Assembly: GCA_052327205.1 (NCBI GenBank)
Contig: CM126213.1
Coordinates: 107,880,001-107,944,000 of the forward strand
DNA from: Somniosus microcephalus
Lineage: Eukaryota
DNA: 64,000 bases
Direction of reading: 5' to 3'
Below are positions 48,813 to 62,112 of this stretch, in pieces. The position numbers were made by a program, and so were the translations under genes. How positions within the stretch are numbered: position 1 is the stretch's first letter; each line of letters opens with the position of its first letter. A model generated the notes under the pieces. The model searched no databases, was not told the origin of the DNA, and was given only the letters and a program-made list of their open reading frames with translations.

Positions 48813-51800
48813 GTTCAGCCAGGCGGAGGAGGGTGGTGGTGGATGGGGTCTGGTTGGGCCTCCGTTCAACTATGAAGCGGAGAGCCCTCAGGCCATCCTG
48901 ATGGGGGATGGAGGTTTGGAGGGATTGGATGACCATGGTGAAAAGGAGACGGTTATGGCTAGGAAATTGGAAACTGTTAAATTGGCAGAGGGTGCTGGCA
49001 GAGTCGCGGATGTAGGTGGTTAAAGACAGGGAAAGGTGAGAAAATAGTTGAGATAGGAAGAAATAAGATCCGTGGGGCAAGAACAGCAATTTACTTCTTT
49101 CAATTTAGTATACTGTATTCGCTGCTAATGATGCGGTCTCCTCTACATTGGGGATACCAAACACAGATTGGGTGATCGCTTTGCCGAACCAGTCCGCAAG
49201 CGTGACTCTGAGCTTCTGGTTGCTTGTCATTTTAATTCTCTATCCCGCTCTGACCTCGGCCTCCTGCACTACTCTAATGAAGCTCAATGCAAGCTCGAGG
49301 TACACACCTCATCTTTCAATTAGGCACTTTACAGCCTTCTGGACTCAACACTGAGTTCAACAATTTCAGATCATTACCATTGCTCCCATTGATTCTGCTG
49401 TCGCCACTTACAGCTCCTCCGAGACCAATCTTTTGTTTCTTCACTTGTCCCATTATCACCCCCTTTTGCTTTGCACCATCATCCCTTTCGTCATTTAGTC
49501 TCTCCTGCCTTCCACCCAATCACAGGCCTTCCACCCGATCACAGACCTTTCCTTTTGTTCTTTCCTCCCCTCCCCCCTTTCCCTGCATCCGTACTTGCTT
49601 AAAACCTGTTACATCTCTAACACTTACCAGTTCTGATGAAAGGTCAACAACCTGAAACATTAACTCTTTTTCTCTCTCCATGATGCTGCCTGACTTGCTG
49701 AGTGTTTCCAGCATTTTCTGTTTTTATTTCAGATTTACAGCATCCACAATATTTTGCTTTTGTCTGAGTTAACTGATGTTGGCCAGAACCCTACAGCTAG
49801 CCTTTCACCCTCAGTTTGGGAGAGGAAAATCAGCTTATATTCCACTCTTGATGGCTACCCAGTGACCTCTGTTGGAATTGTTGGATGAGGACAGGATCAG
49901 ACTTGGCTCTGTTGTATCTCATGATTAAATAGCCTTCCAATTTTGTTAAGATTCATACATGAATAATGGACATTTGGGGATGTACTGGAGAATGCCTATG
50001 GAGCTGCTTGCAACAAGGAGTCAACACCTTGAGGAATATGGGGAAGAGCGAGAAAATTGGCAATGCAATATATATTGTGTATTAAATTCAACACAGGAGA
50101 CACATGTTCCATTTAAAAACTCCAATGCCAACTCCTCCAATGGGAAATCCCATTGTAAAAGTGTCCACATTTACCTGCAATACCCCATATTATGCCTGTA
50201 GATGGTGCTGTGACAGGACTTTCAATGTTAAAGGCATGACAACTTGTCTCATCACGTAAAGCTTGGTGTTGCACAATACCTGCTGATTTATAGTGAGTGT
50301 TTTTAAAAAAAAAAAACTGCTTTGAATCTGTGTGCACTGGGTGTCACTGGTTTAGTTATTCAGCCTCCACTGTTTGGGCCACCTTGGTAAAGATCAGTAA
50401 TTAGCAGGTAAAAATTACATTTTCCTTTTTAATCTATTTTTAAATTTACTTTTTTAAAGTTATGCCTCTTTATAGGTTTCCTGGAGCTCCACCATTTCCT
50501 CCCTTTGGGTATTTTTAGGGCTTCTCTTTCCTGCTGTTCGCCATGGGCCTGTCCCATTGTGACTGCCTTCTACTGCCAACAGTTAGCTTCTCAAGGTGCC
50601 ACTCTTCGCCTCTCATTAGGCATCCTGGCTTATATCTCACTCCCTGTTCATGTCAGTTTCTACCGCTGGCCCACCTTTTGCATCCACGGAAGGACTACAT
50701 TTCATGGACATGAATGTGTAAAGATTGTTTTGTCATGAACTTGCTTTTTAATTAGTTAGAAACAATATATTGTGTAATATATCAAATTTCAGGGCGTAGT
50801 CAATCTTGACATGTGTCGAGTATCAAACTTAACAATAGGTTTGCCTCTTGCTCCACAATGAGGATGATAATTGTAATGGGGAAGAGAAGTAAACTATTCC
50901 ATGCACACAAATAAAAAGATTGACCAGCAAGAACTTTCCCTTTAGGAAATCTTTTTAACTCATGCTTTCTGTTTATTTTTAGTCCTATTGCTGCTGTTTC
51001 TGCTTTTAAGTATTACTCTGCTGTTTCCTTTTAACTCCTGCTTCCACTTTCTCTTTAAGTGTTCATTTTCATTCCTCTCATTGTTAGTTTATTTAAAACC
51101 TGTGAATCCAGGTACTTGTGCTTTTTTTTAGTGCTGCTCTGATTATTTTTTTTAACTTCCAATTGCAATACTTGTATTTTAATTACCACTCTACTGTTTC
51201 AATTTAAGTTCTGTTCCCAGCATTTCTCCCTTATTTCATCTTGGTCCCTGACTTTTTTTTAAATTTCCACTTGCGATGTTTGTATTTTCTGGTCTGACTA
51301 TCAGTGTTTCTTTTATTAATTACAACTCTCCTTTTTAGTTCTGCTCCTGGTTTTCTGCTTTTTATAAATTGACACACTAGGCAGCCTTGCAAGACTCCCT
51401 TCTCAATGCTTATTAATATATTTTTAGTTTTCCTCCCTATTTTTCCCTCCCCGTTCTCTTGATCATAACTGCCCTCCTGTCCTCATCAAACACCAAATTC
51501 TCCAATCTCACATGAGCAATACCACAGAATATCAACCAGTGAATAAAACAATGGGATTATAAAAATAATCTCTGAAATATAATTCAGTTTTATCTTTTTT
51601 TTTTCCTGAGGACAGTGTCTTATTTCCAACACAATACATCTTCAGGAACAAGTTTAGGCAATGGGAAATAATACTGTGTTATTAGTGGTGATGCCAACTG
51701 CAACCTTAACTTAATTGCTGGTGCCTCTGGTAACACAGATCACTACCTTTAGAGATGGATATTCTTCACACTGCTGTCCCCAAATGATTGCCAAAAGCAG

Positions 51801-52429
51801 CACTGCATATCACACGTTGACATTTTATTTTGGCTACCACTGCTGGCTAACAGTATCGTTTTTGCATTGCTGGGCATCATGGACCTCCCCCTGGCATTGG
51901 GGAGAACCTTACCAGTTTACAAGTAAAGATAAGCCTGTGCCTAAGCCTTGATTTCATAAATGGTCTGGTAGGTAACAGCTCACGGTTTATTAATAGTTTT
52001 GGAACAGAGATGCAGCCAACACCTTCCACTCAATCTCAGGAGATGTCAGAGAAGAACTCAAAGCCTCACTGAGTTAAAGAAAAACTTGAATGTATATAAT
52101 GCACTTTATTTCAAGCACTTTACAATGAATTACTACTGGGGTGTATCAAGTGTTGTGTGGGCAAATGCGACAGCTACTTTACGCTGCTCTTGGATGGATG
52201 CGTGGATAACTCTGAATTCATTCCGTCAGCCTTGGGTCAATTTGGATTTTGAAGGGCCTCCTCAAAAATTATAAAATGTAAAGTGGAACCAAAAATCTGA
52301 TTTCAAGAGCAGAAAGTCATTTTATAAACTTTGTGTCTAATATGAGGAAACATTAGTTATGATGTAATTAATTTTCAGGAACAGTGTAAAAAATTTAAAT
52401 TCTAACCATGAGATACCACATTATTACCC

Positions 52430-52816
52430 CAGCTCACTGCCCATTTGAGGACTTTCTGCCGGGCTGTTCCGCGCTCGAGGAACAGCACCTCATCTTTCGA
52501 TTCAGCACTTTACAGCCTTCTGGACTCAACAATTTCAGACTATAAACCCACCACCCATTTTTTCAGGCGGCAACTGTTGATGATTCTGCCATCCCCATTT
52601 GCAACATTTTATCTCTCCTGCGTTCATTCCTAGCACAGACTATGCCTTTAATTCCTTCCCCTGCCCCAAACCTGTTACATCTTCAACTTTTTCCAGTTCT
52701 GGCAAAGGGTCATTGGCCTGAAATATTTCTCTCTCCACGGATACTGCCTGACCTGCTGAGGGTTTCCAGCATTTTCTGTTGTTATTTCAGATTTCCAGCG
52801 TCCGCAGTATTTTGCT
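52430..52816 (+). mobile_element. Penelope 3'/pLTR fragment
   Basis: Homologous to 49290-49760; degenerate hammerhead (CTGGCAA..GAAA). Confidence 0.75.
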
Positions 52817-53053
52817 CTTCTTCTTCTTAGGCAGTTCCTCGGAACCGAGGATGACTTGCTTCCACATTAAAAATGAGTTTGCAGGTGACTGATGAGTCCA
52901 ATGCGGGACTGACAGTCTCTGTCACAGGTGGGGCAGACGGTGGGTGCGATGATTGGGTTGACGTGCGCTCCTTGCGCTTGGCTTCCGCTTGCTCCCAGCG
53001 AAGAGACTCGAGGTGTTCGGTGCCTTCCCAGATGCTTCTCCTCCACTGCTTCT
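52817..53053 (-). mobile_element. RTE-clade LINE 3' fragment with (GAA)n tail and 11-bp TSD
   Basis: TSD AGTATTTTGCT at 52806-16 and 53054-64; CTTCTTCTTCTT tail; family assignment from recall. Confidence 0.7.
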
Positions 53054-53074
53054 AGTATTTTGCTATTGTATTAC

Positions 53075-53780
53075 TGTTCGGCGCTCTGCTGGTTGTCCTA
53101 GCCATTAGGTCACGACGCTCCGTCCCTGATCGTTTGCTCGGAGTTCGATTGACTGCCCTGGCCGCTCGGCGCTTACCCCCTGATCGGTTGCTCGGAGTTC
53201 GATTGGCTGCCCCGCTCGCTGATCCGTTGCTCGGCGCTCCGCTCTCCCTTGGTTACGGCACCTGTAGCCGGGTGGCTGTTCGGCTGGGCTGGGCTCCTGA
53301 GGGCGGCTCTAGCCGGCGCTGCCTGCGAATTGGAGCCCGGGGATACTAGCTGTTGCTGTGTGAGGAGCTTGGGGAGCAGTTACCCGGGAGGGAGGGAGTG
53401 AGCTGGCTCTGTGCAGGTGAGTGACGGCTGTGGAGGAGGCGGGCCGGGTCACAGCGGGATGAGGTGCGGGGCCTGGCGCCCTAAGCACGGGATATGGCCG
53501 GTCGAGAGGACCGCTTCCTGCGTCCGCCCGGCGTTCCGCCTGTTTCCTCCCGTAAGAATATCGCCGAACCAATGGCTGAAGTTTGCACTAAAAGTCAACG
53601 GGGTACGGCTCCTCTTTTAAGGGACTGCGAAGGCGGATTAAAGCCCCGAGCCGGAGAGGGGTCCGGGCGGAGTGGCTGCAGAGCGGGTGTCGGTGCGCGG
53701 AGGCGCTGGCCAAGTGACGCAAACTCTGATGTGGTGTCTGATTCCAAGTGGACCTTGTCGCCAAACCCCGGGATATTTGT
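53075..53780 (+). promoter_or_regulatory. CpG-island promoter with non-coding exon 1 ending at 53416 (probably HEATR5A by synteny; no coding exon seen)
   Basis: High GC and CpG; ATTGG/CCAAT boxes; 54-bp tandem module; consensus donor CAG|GTGAGT at 53417. In human, HEATR5A lies directly downstream of DTD2 on the same strand. Confidence 0.7.
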
Positions 53781-54294
53781 GGATGTCTCGATTAATTGTT
53801 GCGTTATTTATTGCAGGTTGGGAGTTAAGCGTTTTGTGCCGGTGGTTAAAGGTCGGTTTGGGAAATATTGCAACTTAGAACTTCGATATTTTGTAACATT
53901 GAAACAAAAGTTATTAAATAAAATTACTTTATACATCGATGTAGTGTTGCATAGCGTAACAGTGGTTGGCATTTGCTTCTGTTTGTGGATCAAGTTATTT
54001 TTTTAGTAAAGAGCCTCTGATAACCTGAGAAGTAGCTGACGTTTTGCCTAAGTTGCGGACAGTGAAGCTGAAGCGTGTATGGTGAGAGTACAGAGAGGGA
54101 GAGATAGTTCGATGGCACACGGTTCTGTGCAAATAAAATTGGACCGAAGAAGCCACCGAATAATTATAAGGGGAAGGGAAAATATTTTGATGTGTTTCAT
54201 TCAGTACATGTGTTTGGCGATTCACTGCTCAGGAATATTTCACAAGAGTGAATTGAGACATTATGATCTGCGGGTGGTTTTCCCGAAATAATTT

Positions 54295-55145
54295 TAAGCA
54301 TAGGAACAGGATTAGTCCATTTAGCCCCTGTAGCCTGTTCCGCCATTCAGTGAGATCATGGCTGATCTGCGATCTATCTAACTCCATATAACTGCCTTGC
54401 CCCATATCCCTTAATATCTTTGGTTAACAAAAGTCTATTAATCTCAGATTTAAAATTAACAATTGATCTAGCATCAATTGCTGTTTGTGGAAGAGAGTTC
54501 TAAACTTCTACCACTCTTAAGCAGTTATTAAGATCAGCCTTGTGAGCAGGGGGGTTATACTTCAACTGTATAAAACCCGAGTTAGGCCTCAGCTAGAGTA
54601 CTGCGTGCAGTTCTGGTCACCACATTACAGGGAAGATGTGATTGCACTAGAGGGGGTACAGAGGAGAGTTACAAGGATGTTGCCGGGAGTAGAGAATCTT
54701 AGCTATGAGGAAAGACTGGATAGGCTGGGTCTGTTTTCCTTGGAACAGAGGAGGCTGAGGGGAGATCTTACTGAGATGTATAAAATTATGAGGGGCCTAG
54801 ATAAAGTGGTTAGAAAGGACCTCTTTCCCTTAGCAGAGGGGTCAAAAAACCAGGGGGCACTGATTTAAAGTAATTGGTGGAAGGTTCAGAGGGGATTTGA
54901 GGGGAAATTTCTTCACCCAGAGGGCTGTGGATGTCTGGAACTCACTGCCTGAAAGGGTGGTAGAGGCAGGAACCCTAACCACATTTAAAAAGTACTTGGA
55001 TGTGCACTTGGGATGCTCTAACCTGCAGGGCTACGGACCTAGAGCTGGGAAGTGGGATTAGGCTGGATAGCTCTTTGTTGGCCGGCGTGGACATGATGGG
55101 CCGAAATGGCCTCCTTCCGTGCTGTAACTTTCTATGATTCTATAA
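54295..55145. mobile_element. Two CR1 3' fragments (- about 54295-54520; + about 54540-55143)
   Basis: ORF 54542..54868 (RPQLEYCVQFWSPHY); tails at both outer ends. Confidence 0.9.
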
Positions 55146-57179
55146 TGTTGGAATGTTATTGCCAGCAAGGAGCTTTGTATTTTGGACTTTTCTTGCGTAA
55201 CTTTAGTTTGTTGCAGACAGATTTTCTGTGAGGATAAGTGGTTTTATTTTCCTTGGGGGAAGGGAACGGTCCTTTCTAGCATACAACAGCCTGTGTGTGG
55301 ATGCAAGGAATGATCATGACTTAGTAAAAATAAGTGTCATTGAGGAGGGAAGGAATGAACTGTCCATATTCTGGTTTAATCAGATGAGAAGCTACTTGAG
55401 GGAAGAAGCATATTTTTAAAAATTCCATTTGGATTCATCTTTTTAACTGTTTTACCTTGATGTTTCAATTTTGAGCATTCAGTAAAATGCTTTGCACTCC
55501 TGAAAGAGGGATGTGCAATTAATTATTACTAGTGAGACATCATCTGCTTTGAGTTTGTTGTCCATATTTAAAATTGATGGCATTTCCCCTCCCAATTTGA
55601 ACTTTAGTTTAAATGCTGCAGAAATATTGATATTAAACCATTGCCTCTGGTGTACTACTTCATGATTTATCTTAGTCTTATTACGAATGATTAATTGACA
55701 GTTTGTGTTAAAGGTTTCAGTAGGATGTGTTGTATGTTCTTCATCCTGCTCCTGATAATGCACAAGCACAACACAATTTCTGAAACCTATTCTAACTGCA
55801 TCGAGCAATGTCTGCACTATTACTACTTTCATTTTTTTTTTTGGTCAATGTTCAGCTTTGGAAAGAGTAAAGCAATAGAATGTGACTCCAAGCAAGAAAT
55901 GGTTACATTTATACAAGGCTTGAAATTAGTTCTGGTCTATTGTACTACAGTGATCAAGACTGATCTGATAAACCAGCAAATGTATTCCATTACTGGTAAT
56001 GTTTGCTGCATTGCCTGGTGCACTTAATATGTAGCTAACTTCTGTCCAGGCCTTTTCCAAACCACCTTCAGTAAGTTTTTACAGTCTGTATATAAAGATA
56101 CAGGAAGGCTGTGGATTTTTTTTAGTGGACACATTATTTCCCCTTTAACCATAAGGCAACTGGTTCTGTAACTGATGCTTTGAGTATTGCCTGTATACTT
56201 TCTACTGAAGGGGTTAACAATTCTTCTGAGGTCTGGATCAACTGCAAACATTCCTTTGAAATCCAGTGAACTTGTAAAAAAAAAAGTATTAATCTTGCCA
56301 CCAGATGTCACTAGTGCATTTACACAAGCTGCTAGTGGCAGAAATCGCATTTTGAAGAGATCTGCTTATTTTGATGCATTACCAGTGCATTTGGCAGATC
56401 CTGGACCCATATATCTGCTGTGATACCACACAGTGCACTTGGGCTTATGGTAAATAATTTATGCTAACAGTTACATACTGCTGCAGCTGCCGACCCCGTG
56501 GTCCAAATTCAAAGCAGTAAATGAACCAGTTTAAAAAAAGTTAGACATGCAATTCAAAGGGTACCTGGTACAAGTAGAAAACATGATGGAGCAGTGATAA
56601 TTCAGTGAAATTCAATTACCAGTCCAGTCACTTTTTTTTTATTATCTGTAATCCATTGCTTATTGCGCATCCATCATTTAAATGATTTCTATCCTTTTAC
56701 TTGGGAATTTGAAAGCTGTATTATCAAAAACATAGGATGCATTGCAGCATGAGGGTTTCTTTACACCTCTGTATCCTTCTCTTCCATTTAGCAATTTGAT
56801 CTTGCATTGGACCAATGAAGTCACACTTTTGATGACCGATACTTCCCTTGAGAGTTTCAAAAATTGCAATGAGGCATGATTTCCAGAGTTCCGTACAGAT
56901 AAAGAATGTTTTTGTGATTGCCTGAGCAGGAAGACTGATAGTTTGGCAAGAGTATAGCTGTCTTTAAGACAGGTTGGAGAAAAATAATTGTTTGTTTCAG
57001 TGAAATTCTACCCACCCTCAGTCCAGTTGAAATGAGCACCTGACACACGCACACCTCAGCTTCACAGCCAGCTGAATTATCACCTCTTTTAAGTTACAAT
57101 TAAACCAGCGCCATTACCATTTTTGATTATACTATTTGTGTATGTTCTACATAGTACTAGAAGTAATACATCCTACTCG

Positions 57180-58920
57180 TGTCAATCGCAGATAAGGACG
57201 TCTCTGACCACTTTCTCGTATCGCTCTCCACCCACAGCCCCGCCCCCCCCCCCCCAAAACCCTACTTCCTTCTATATACACCCCTGGGGGGGAAAAAAAT
57301 CTCCCCACTCTCTTACAACTGCACTTACAAAATCTATCCTTGGCCCCCTCTGATTTCTACATGCTGCCTCTTTGTGATGTCATCTGAAAACACCGCGTCA
57401 GTTTCCACATGTACGCTGACGACATCACTACCACTTCCCTCCACCCCTGCACGGTCTCTAAATTGTCAAACTGCTTGTCCGACATCCAGTTCTGGATGAG
57501 CAGAAATTTTATCCAATTAAATATTGGGAAGACCGAAGCCATTGTTTTCGATCCCCGCCACAAACTCCGTTCCCTCTCCCTAACATCTGTCTGAGGCTGT
57601 ACCACACTGTTCGCAACCTTGGTGTCATATTTGACCCTGAAATGAGCTTCCCACACATCTGCGACATCTGCAGCATAACTAAGACCGCCTATTTCCACCT
57701 CCATAACATCGCTCGTCTCCACCCTTGCCTCAGCTCATCCACTGCTGAAACTCTCATTTGTTACCTCTAGACTTGACTATTCCAACGCACTCCTGGCTGG
57801 CCTCCCACATTCTACCCTACGTAAACTTGAGGTCATCCAAAACTCAGCTGCCCATGTCCTAACTCGCACTAAGTCCCATTCACCCGTCACTCCTGTGCTC
57901 GCAGACCTACATTGGCTCCCAGCTAAGCAATGCCTCGATTTCAAATTCTCATCCTTGTTTTCAAATTCCTCCATGGCCTCGCCCCTCTCTATCTCGCTAA
58001 TCTCCCACAACCCCCCAAGATATCTGCGCTCCTGTAATTCTGCCCTCTTGAGCATCCCTGATTATAATCGCTCGACCATTGATGGCTGTGCCTTCTGTTG
58101 CCTAGGCCCAAAGCTCTGGAATTCCCTGCCTAAACCTCTCTGCCTGTACTGGCCTCGCTAGACGTGCTCCTATCTAGTTATCCAGCAAGTTAAACACTCA
58201 TTCAAATAATTCCTCGTGAAGCCGTTTCACTGTTTTGAAGCTTTACTTGAACAAATTTGTGAAACTGTAAACAAAGACAAAGTATGTTTTGTACATAAAC
58301 TGAGTACTCTACATTCGATATTACATAAGATATAAACATATTTACAACAGTAGAATAGACTAATTGTATAACTAACTAACATTTGGACTGTACTTCTGTA
58401 AATATCAAATATTAACCTTTTATAAACATAGTGTTATCAAAATACTATGCTGACAAAGTTACTATCATGCTAACAGACAAAGATACTCACAGATATTGCG
58501 CCTGGCCTAACATACGAGGTCAGATTACATTGGATTGAGAATCCCTCATGGCAGATTCTCCATTGGTCTGCTAGGTTCTTTCTGGAATTCTACTTCCTGG
58601 GTCAAACAGGAAGAAAGGTAGAAAGGCCAAAGGACCTCTGCTACATACAAACACTGCTAATACAATAACCACCACCAGAGGGTGCTATCTGCATGTAAAA
58701 TGTCCGTAATGTCCATAAGCCCAGAACATCACTGCTATACAATAGGTACCACCAGAGGGTGCTATCTGCATGTAATAAGTCCAGAACACTGCCACTCTAC
58801 CTCTTTCCTCCTTTAAGACAGTCCATAAAACCTACTTCTTTGACCAAGCCTTTGGTCACCTGCCTTAATATCTCCTTATATGGTTTGGTGTCAAATTTTT
58901 GGTCTTATAATACTCCTGTG
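57180..58920 (+). mobile_element. L2 LINE fragment interrupted by a solo LTR
   Basis: HMYADD, LNIGKTEAIVF, SRLDYSNALL, LADLHWLP and LWNSLP motifs. Confidence 0.9.
58145..58788. mobile_element. Solo LTR (644 bp) with a duplicated terminal segment and two CTCF-like motifs
   Basis: TGTACTGG..CCAGAACA termini; 5-bp TSD CTGCC at 58140-44 and 58789-93; the L2 resumes after it. Confidence 0.85.
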
Positions 58921-59230
58921 AAACATAAGAAATAGGAGCAGGAGTAGGCCATACGGCCCCTCGGGCCTGCTCCGCCATTCAATAGGATCATGGCTGATCT
59001 GAATCTAGACTCACGTCCACTTCCCTGCCCTCTCCCCGTAACCCCTAATTCCCTTATCTGCTAGGAAAATGTCTATCTTCATTTTAAATTTATTTAATGT
59101 TGCAGCTTCCACAGCTCTCTGGGGTAGCAAATTCCATGGATTCACTACCCTCTGAGTGAAGAAGTTTCTCCTCATCTCAGTTTTGAAAGGGCAGCCCCTT
59201 ATTCTAAGATTATGCCCCCTAGTTCTAGTC
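58920..59230 (-). mobile_element. CR1 3' fragment inserted in the L2 tail
   Basis: Near-identical to 60890-61200. Confidence 0.9.
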
Positions 59231-59849
59231 TATGTTAAAGGCGCTTTTATAAATATATAAGATGCATGTATGAGCAATAAATCCATGCATGTTTCAGCAG
59301 ATTTTCACCTCTGGTATAAATGGAAAAATTATTTTAATTTTTACTGAAGAATGATACAAGTGTGTCTCTTTAGCTCCTAGATCTAATGCCAGAGTAAATT
59401 CTTGGATTTATTCAAACAAATTGCAGTTTGATTTTTAAATCTGAAAGACTGTTTAATTACCCAGACCATGCTGAGCATGTTACAAGGATGATCTAGGACA
59501 GGAGTGTTGAATCTTTCGGAGATTCACGTGTCAGAACAAGTGAGTGGGTCGTTGTTGTACTTATACTAGTAGTAGTAGTTATTATTCGTAGAAGTAGTTG
59601 ACCCACTTCCAGGCGTTTGCTTTGCAATTCAGGTACCTCTGGGCCATCATCTCTATCAGTACAACTGCCCTGTGGAATATCCAACTCTTGGAAGTGCAGC
59701 TGTTGCTTACTCGCAGTTTTAGCAACCTAAGGAATGATGCTCAATGGCAAGCCAATCAAGTCACTGTCTTTGTATCCGCATTTCATAGTGTTTCCCAGAT
59801 GTTACTAATTATGTATAATATATTTTCAGAGTAATAGTGAATTTCTCCA

Positions 59850-60242
59850 GGGACTTGAGCACATAAATCTAGGCTGACATTTCTGTGCAGCGCTGAGGGA
59901 GTACTGCACTGTCAGAGGTGCCGTCTTTCGGATGAGACGTTAAGCCGAGGCCCCGCCTGCGCTCTCAGGTTGACGTAAAAGATCCCATGGCATTATTTCG
60001 AAGAAGAGCAGGGGAGTTATCTCCAGTGTCCTGGCCAATATTTATCCCTCAACCAACATAACAAAAACAGATTATTTGGTCATTATCACTTTGCTGTTTG
60101 TGGGAGCTTGCTGTGCGCAAATTGGCTGCCGCGTTTCCCACATTACAACAGTGGCTACACTCCAAAAGTACTTCATTGGCTGTAAAGCGCTTTTGAGACG
60201 CCCGGTGGTCGTGAAAGGCGCTATATAAATGCAAATCTTTCT
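59850..60242 (+). mobile_element. Deu-SINE (SacSINE1-like), 5'-truncated
   Basis: Similar to the reverse complement of 2790-3255; tail GGCGCTATATAAATGCAAATCTTT. Confidence 0.85.
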
Positions 60243-60889
60243 TTGGCTCTTTTTGAAATTATGCCATTGTCTGTTACTCGCCTGGTACATTGAAAGGAAA
60301 AAAATACCTTTCAAGGAATAAATGATTACTTGTGGTACAGTGGATTCAGTCTGTGATTGCAATTTGCATTTTAATTACGTAGGTGGAATGAATATTCATT
60401 CCTCTGTAATCTTTTTTAATGAGTGGGCTGTTCATAACAAGTGATCGTGCAACTGCTAACTTTAAAAGGAGATTCAACTTGGGTTGAAAATGTTTTGTAT
60501 ACTTTTATATTCTAAATTTATAGTTTCAGTGTTGAGCCTTGCAAGGCACCCTTGCACAGTAAACATTAAGTTACTGTGTCTAAATATAACATAATTTCAC
60601 AAAAGTAATCCCCTTCCAGCTCTATATGTTAAGACCTGGATGTGATTTGGGTTATATTTATGGGAGGGTTACATGTACTTTTTCTAGAAAGCTTTCTGGT
60701 TTCATTCAGCAGTAATGCCTTGTAAGTGTTCAGATGACTTGAGACTGGTCTTGTATAAATAGGTGACTGAATTTGTTAGTAAATTGTGAGTTATCAAGTT
60801 TATTTCAATTTTATGTAGCCATAATGTAACATCATGAATGATACTGAGATAGAGGGTGTGTTCAAGATATAAATAATATTCATGAAATA

Positions 60890-62112
60890 ACATAACATAA
60901 GAAGTAGGAGCAGGAGTAGGCCATACGGCCCCTCGGGCCTGCTCCTCCATTCAATAGGATCATGGCTGATCCGAACCTAGACTCACGTCCACTTCCCTGC
61001 CCGCTCCCCATAACCCTTAATTCCCTTATCAGCCAGGAAACTGTCTATCTCCGTTTTAAATTTATTTAATGTCGCAGCTTCCACAGCTCTCTGAGGTAGC
61101 AAATTCCATAGATTTACTACCCTCTGAGTGAAGAAGTTTCTCCTCATCTCAGTTTTGAAACGGCAGCCCCTTATTCTAAGATTATGCCCCCTAGTTCTAG
61201 TCTCACCCATCAGTGGAAACATCCTCCCCGCATCCACCCGATCAAGCCCCCTCACAATCTTACATGTTTCGATAAGATCGCCTCTCATTCTTCTGAATTC
61301 CAATGAGTAGAGAGAGGCTCAACCTTTCCTCATAAGTCAACCCCCTCATCTCCGGAATCAACTGAGTGAACCTTCTCTGAACTCTCTCGAGAGCAAGTAT
61401 ATCTTTTCTTAAATATGGAAACCAAAACTGTACGCAGTATTCCAGGTGTGGCCTCACCAGTACCCTGTATAACTGAAGCAAGACTTCCCTGCTTTTATAC
61501 TCCATCCCCCTTGCAATAAAAGCCAAGATTCCATTGGCCTTCCTGATCACCTGCTGTACCTGCATACTAACCTTCTGTGTTTCATGCACCAGGACCCCCA
61601 GATCCCTTTGTACTGTAGCACTTTGCAGTTTCTTTCCATTTAGATAATAACTTGCTCTTTGATTTTTTTCTGCCAAAGTGCATAACCTCACACTTTCCAA
61701 CATTATATTCCATCTGCCAAATTTCTGCCCACTCACTTAGCCTGTCTATGTCCTTTTGCAGGTTTTTTATGTCCTCCTCACTCACTGCTTTCCCTCCCAT
61801 CTTTGTATCGTCGGCAAACTTGGATACGTTGCACTCGGTCCCCTCCTCCAAATCGTTAATATGGATTGCAAAGAGTTGGGATCCCAGCACTGACCCCGAC
61901 AGAACGCCACTAGTTACTGATTGCCAACCCGAGAATGAACCATTTATCCCAACTCTCTGTTTTCTGTTAGATAGCCAATCTTCCACCCATGCCAGTATAT
62001 TACCCCCAATCCTGTGATTTTTATCTTGTGCAGTAATCTTTTGTGTGGCACCTTGTCAAATGCCTTTTGGAAGTCCAAATACACCACATCCACTGGTTCC
62101 CCTTTATCCACC
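60890..62112 (-). mobile_element. CR1 RT plus 3' fragment
   Basis: ORFs 61582..61986 (SKFADDTK), 61260..61736 and 60983..61303. Confidence 0.95.

Larger units (their letters stand above)
47230..49763. mobile_element. Penelope-like retroelement with inverted RT part, GIY-YIG remnant and pLTR; 14-bp TSD; two LINEs nested inside
   Basis: - strand RT motifs LLFTM..QSL.TSIPHQDGL (48830-49080), QIKGVAMGAHMGPSYACL (47710-47800), RYIDDCIG (47260-47290); + strand NLVYCIRC..CGLLYIG near 49100; TSD CTGAGTTAACTGAT at 47216-29 and 49764-77. Confidence 0.88.

Noticed and set aside
53494-54006. 170-aa ORF in the CpG island
   Set aside because: Downstream of the splice donor, so intronic; no recognisable protein similarity
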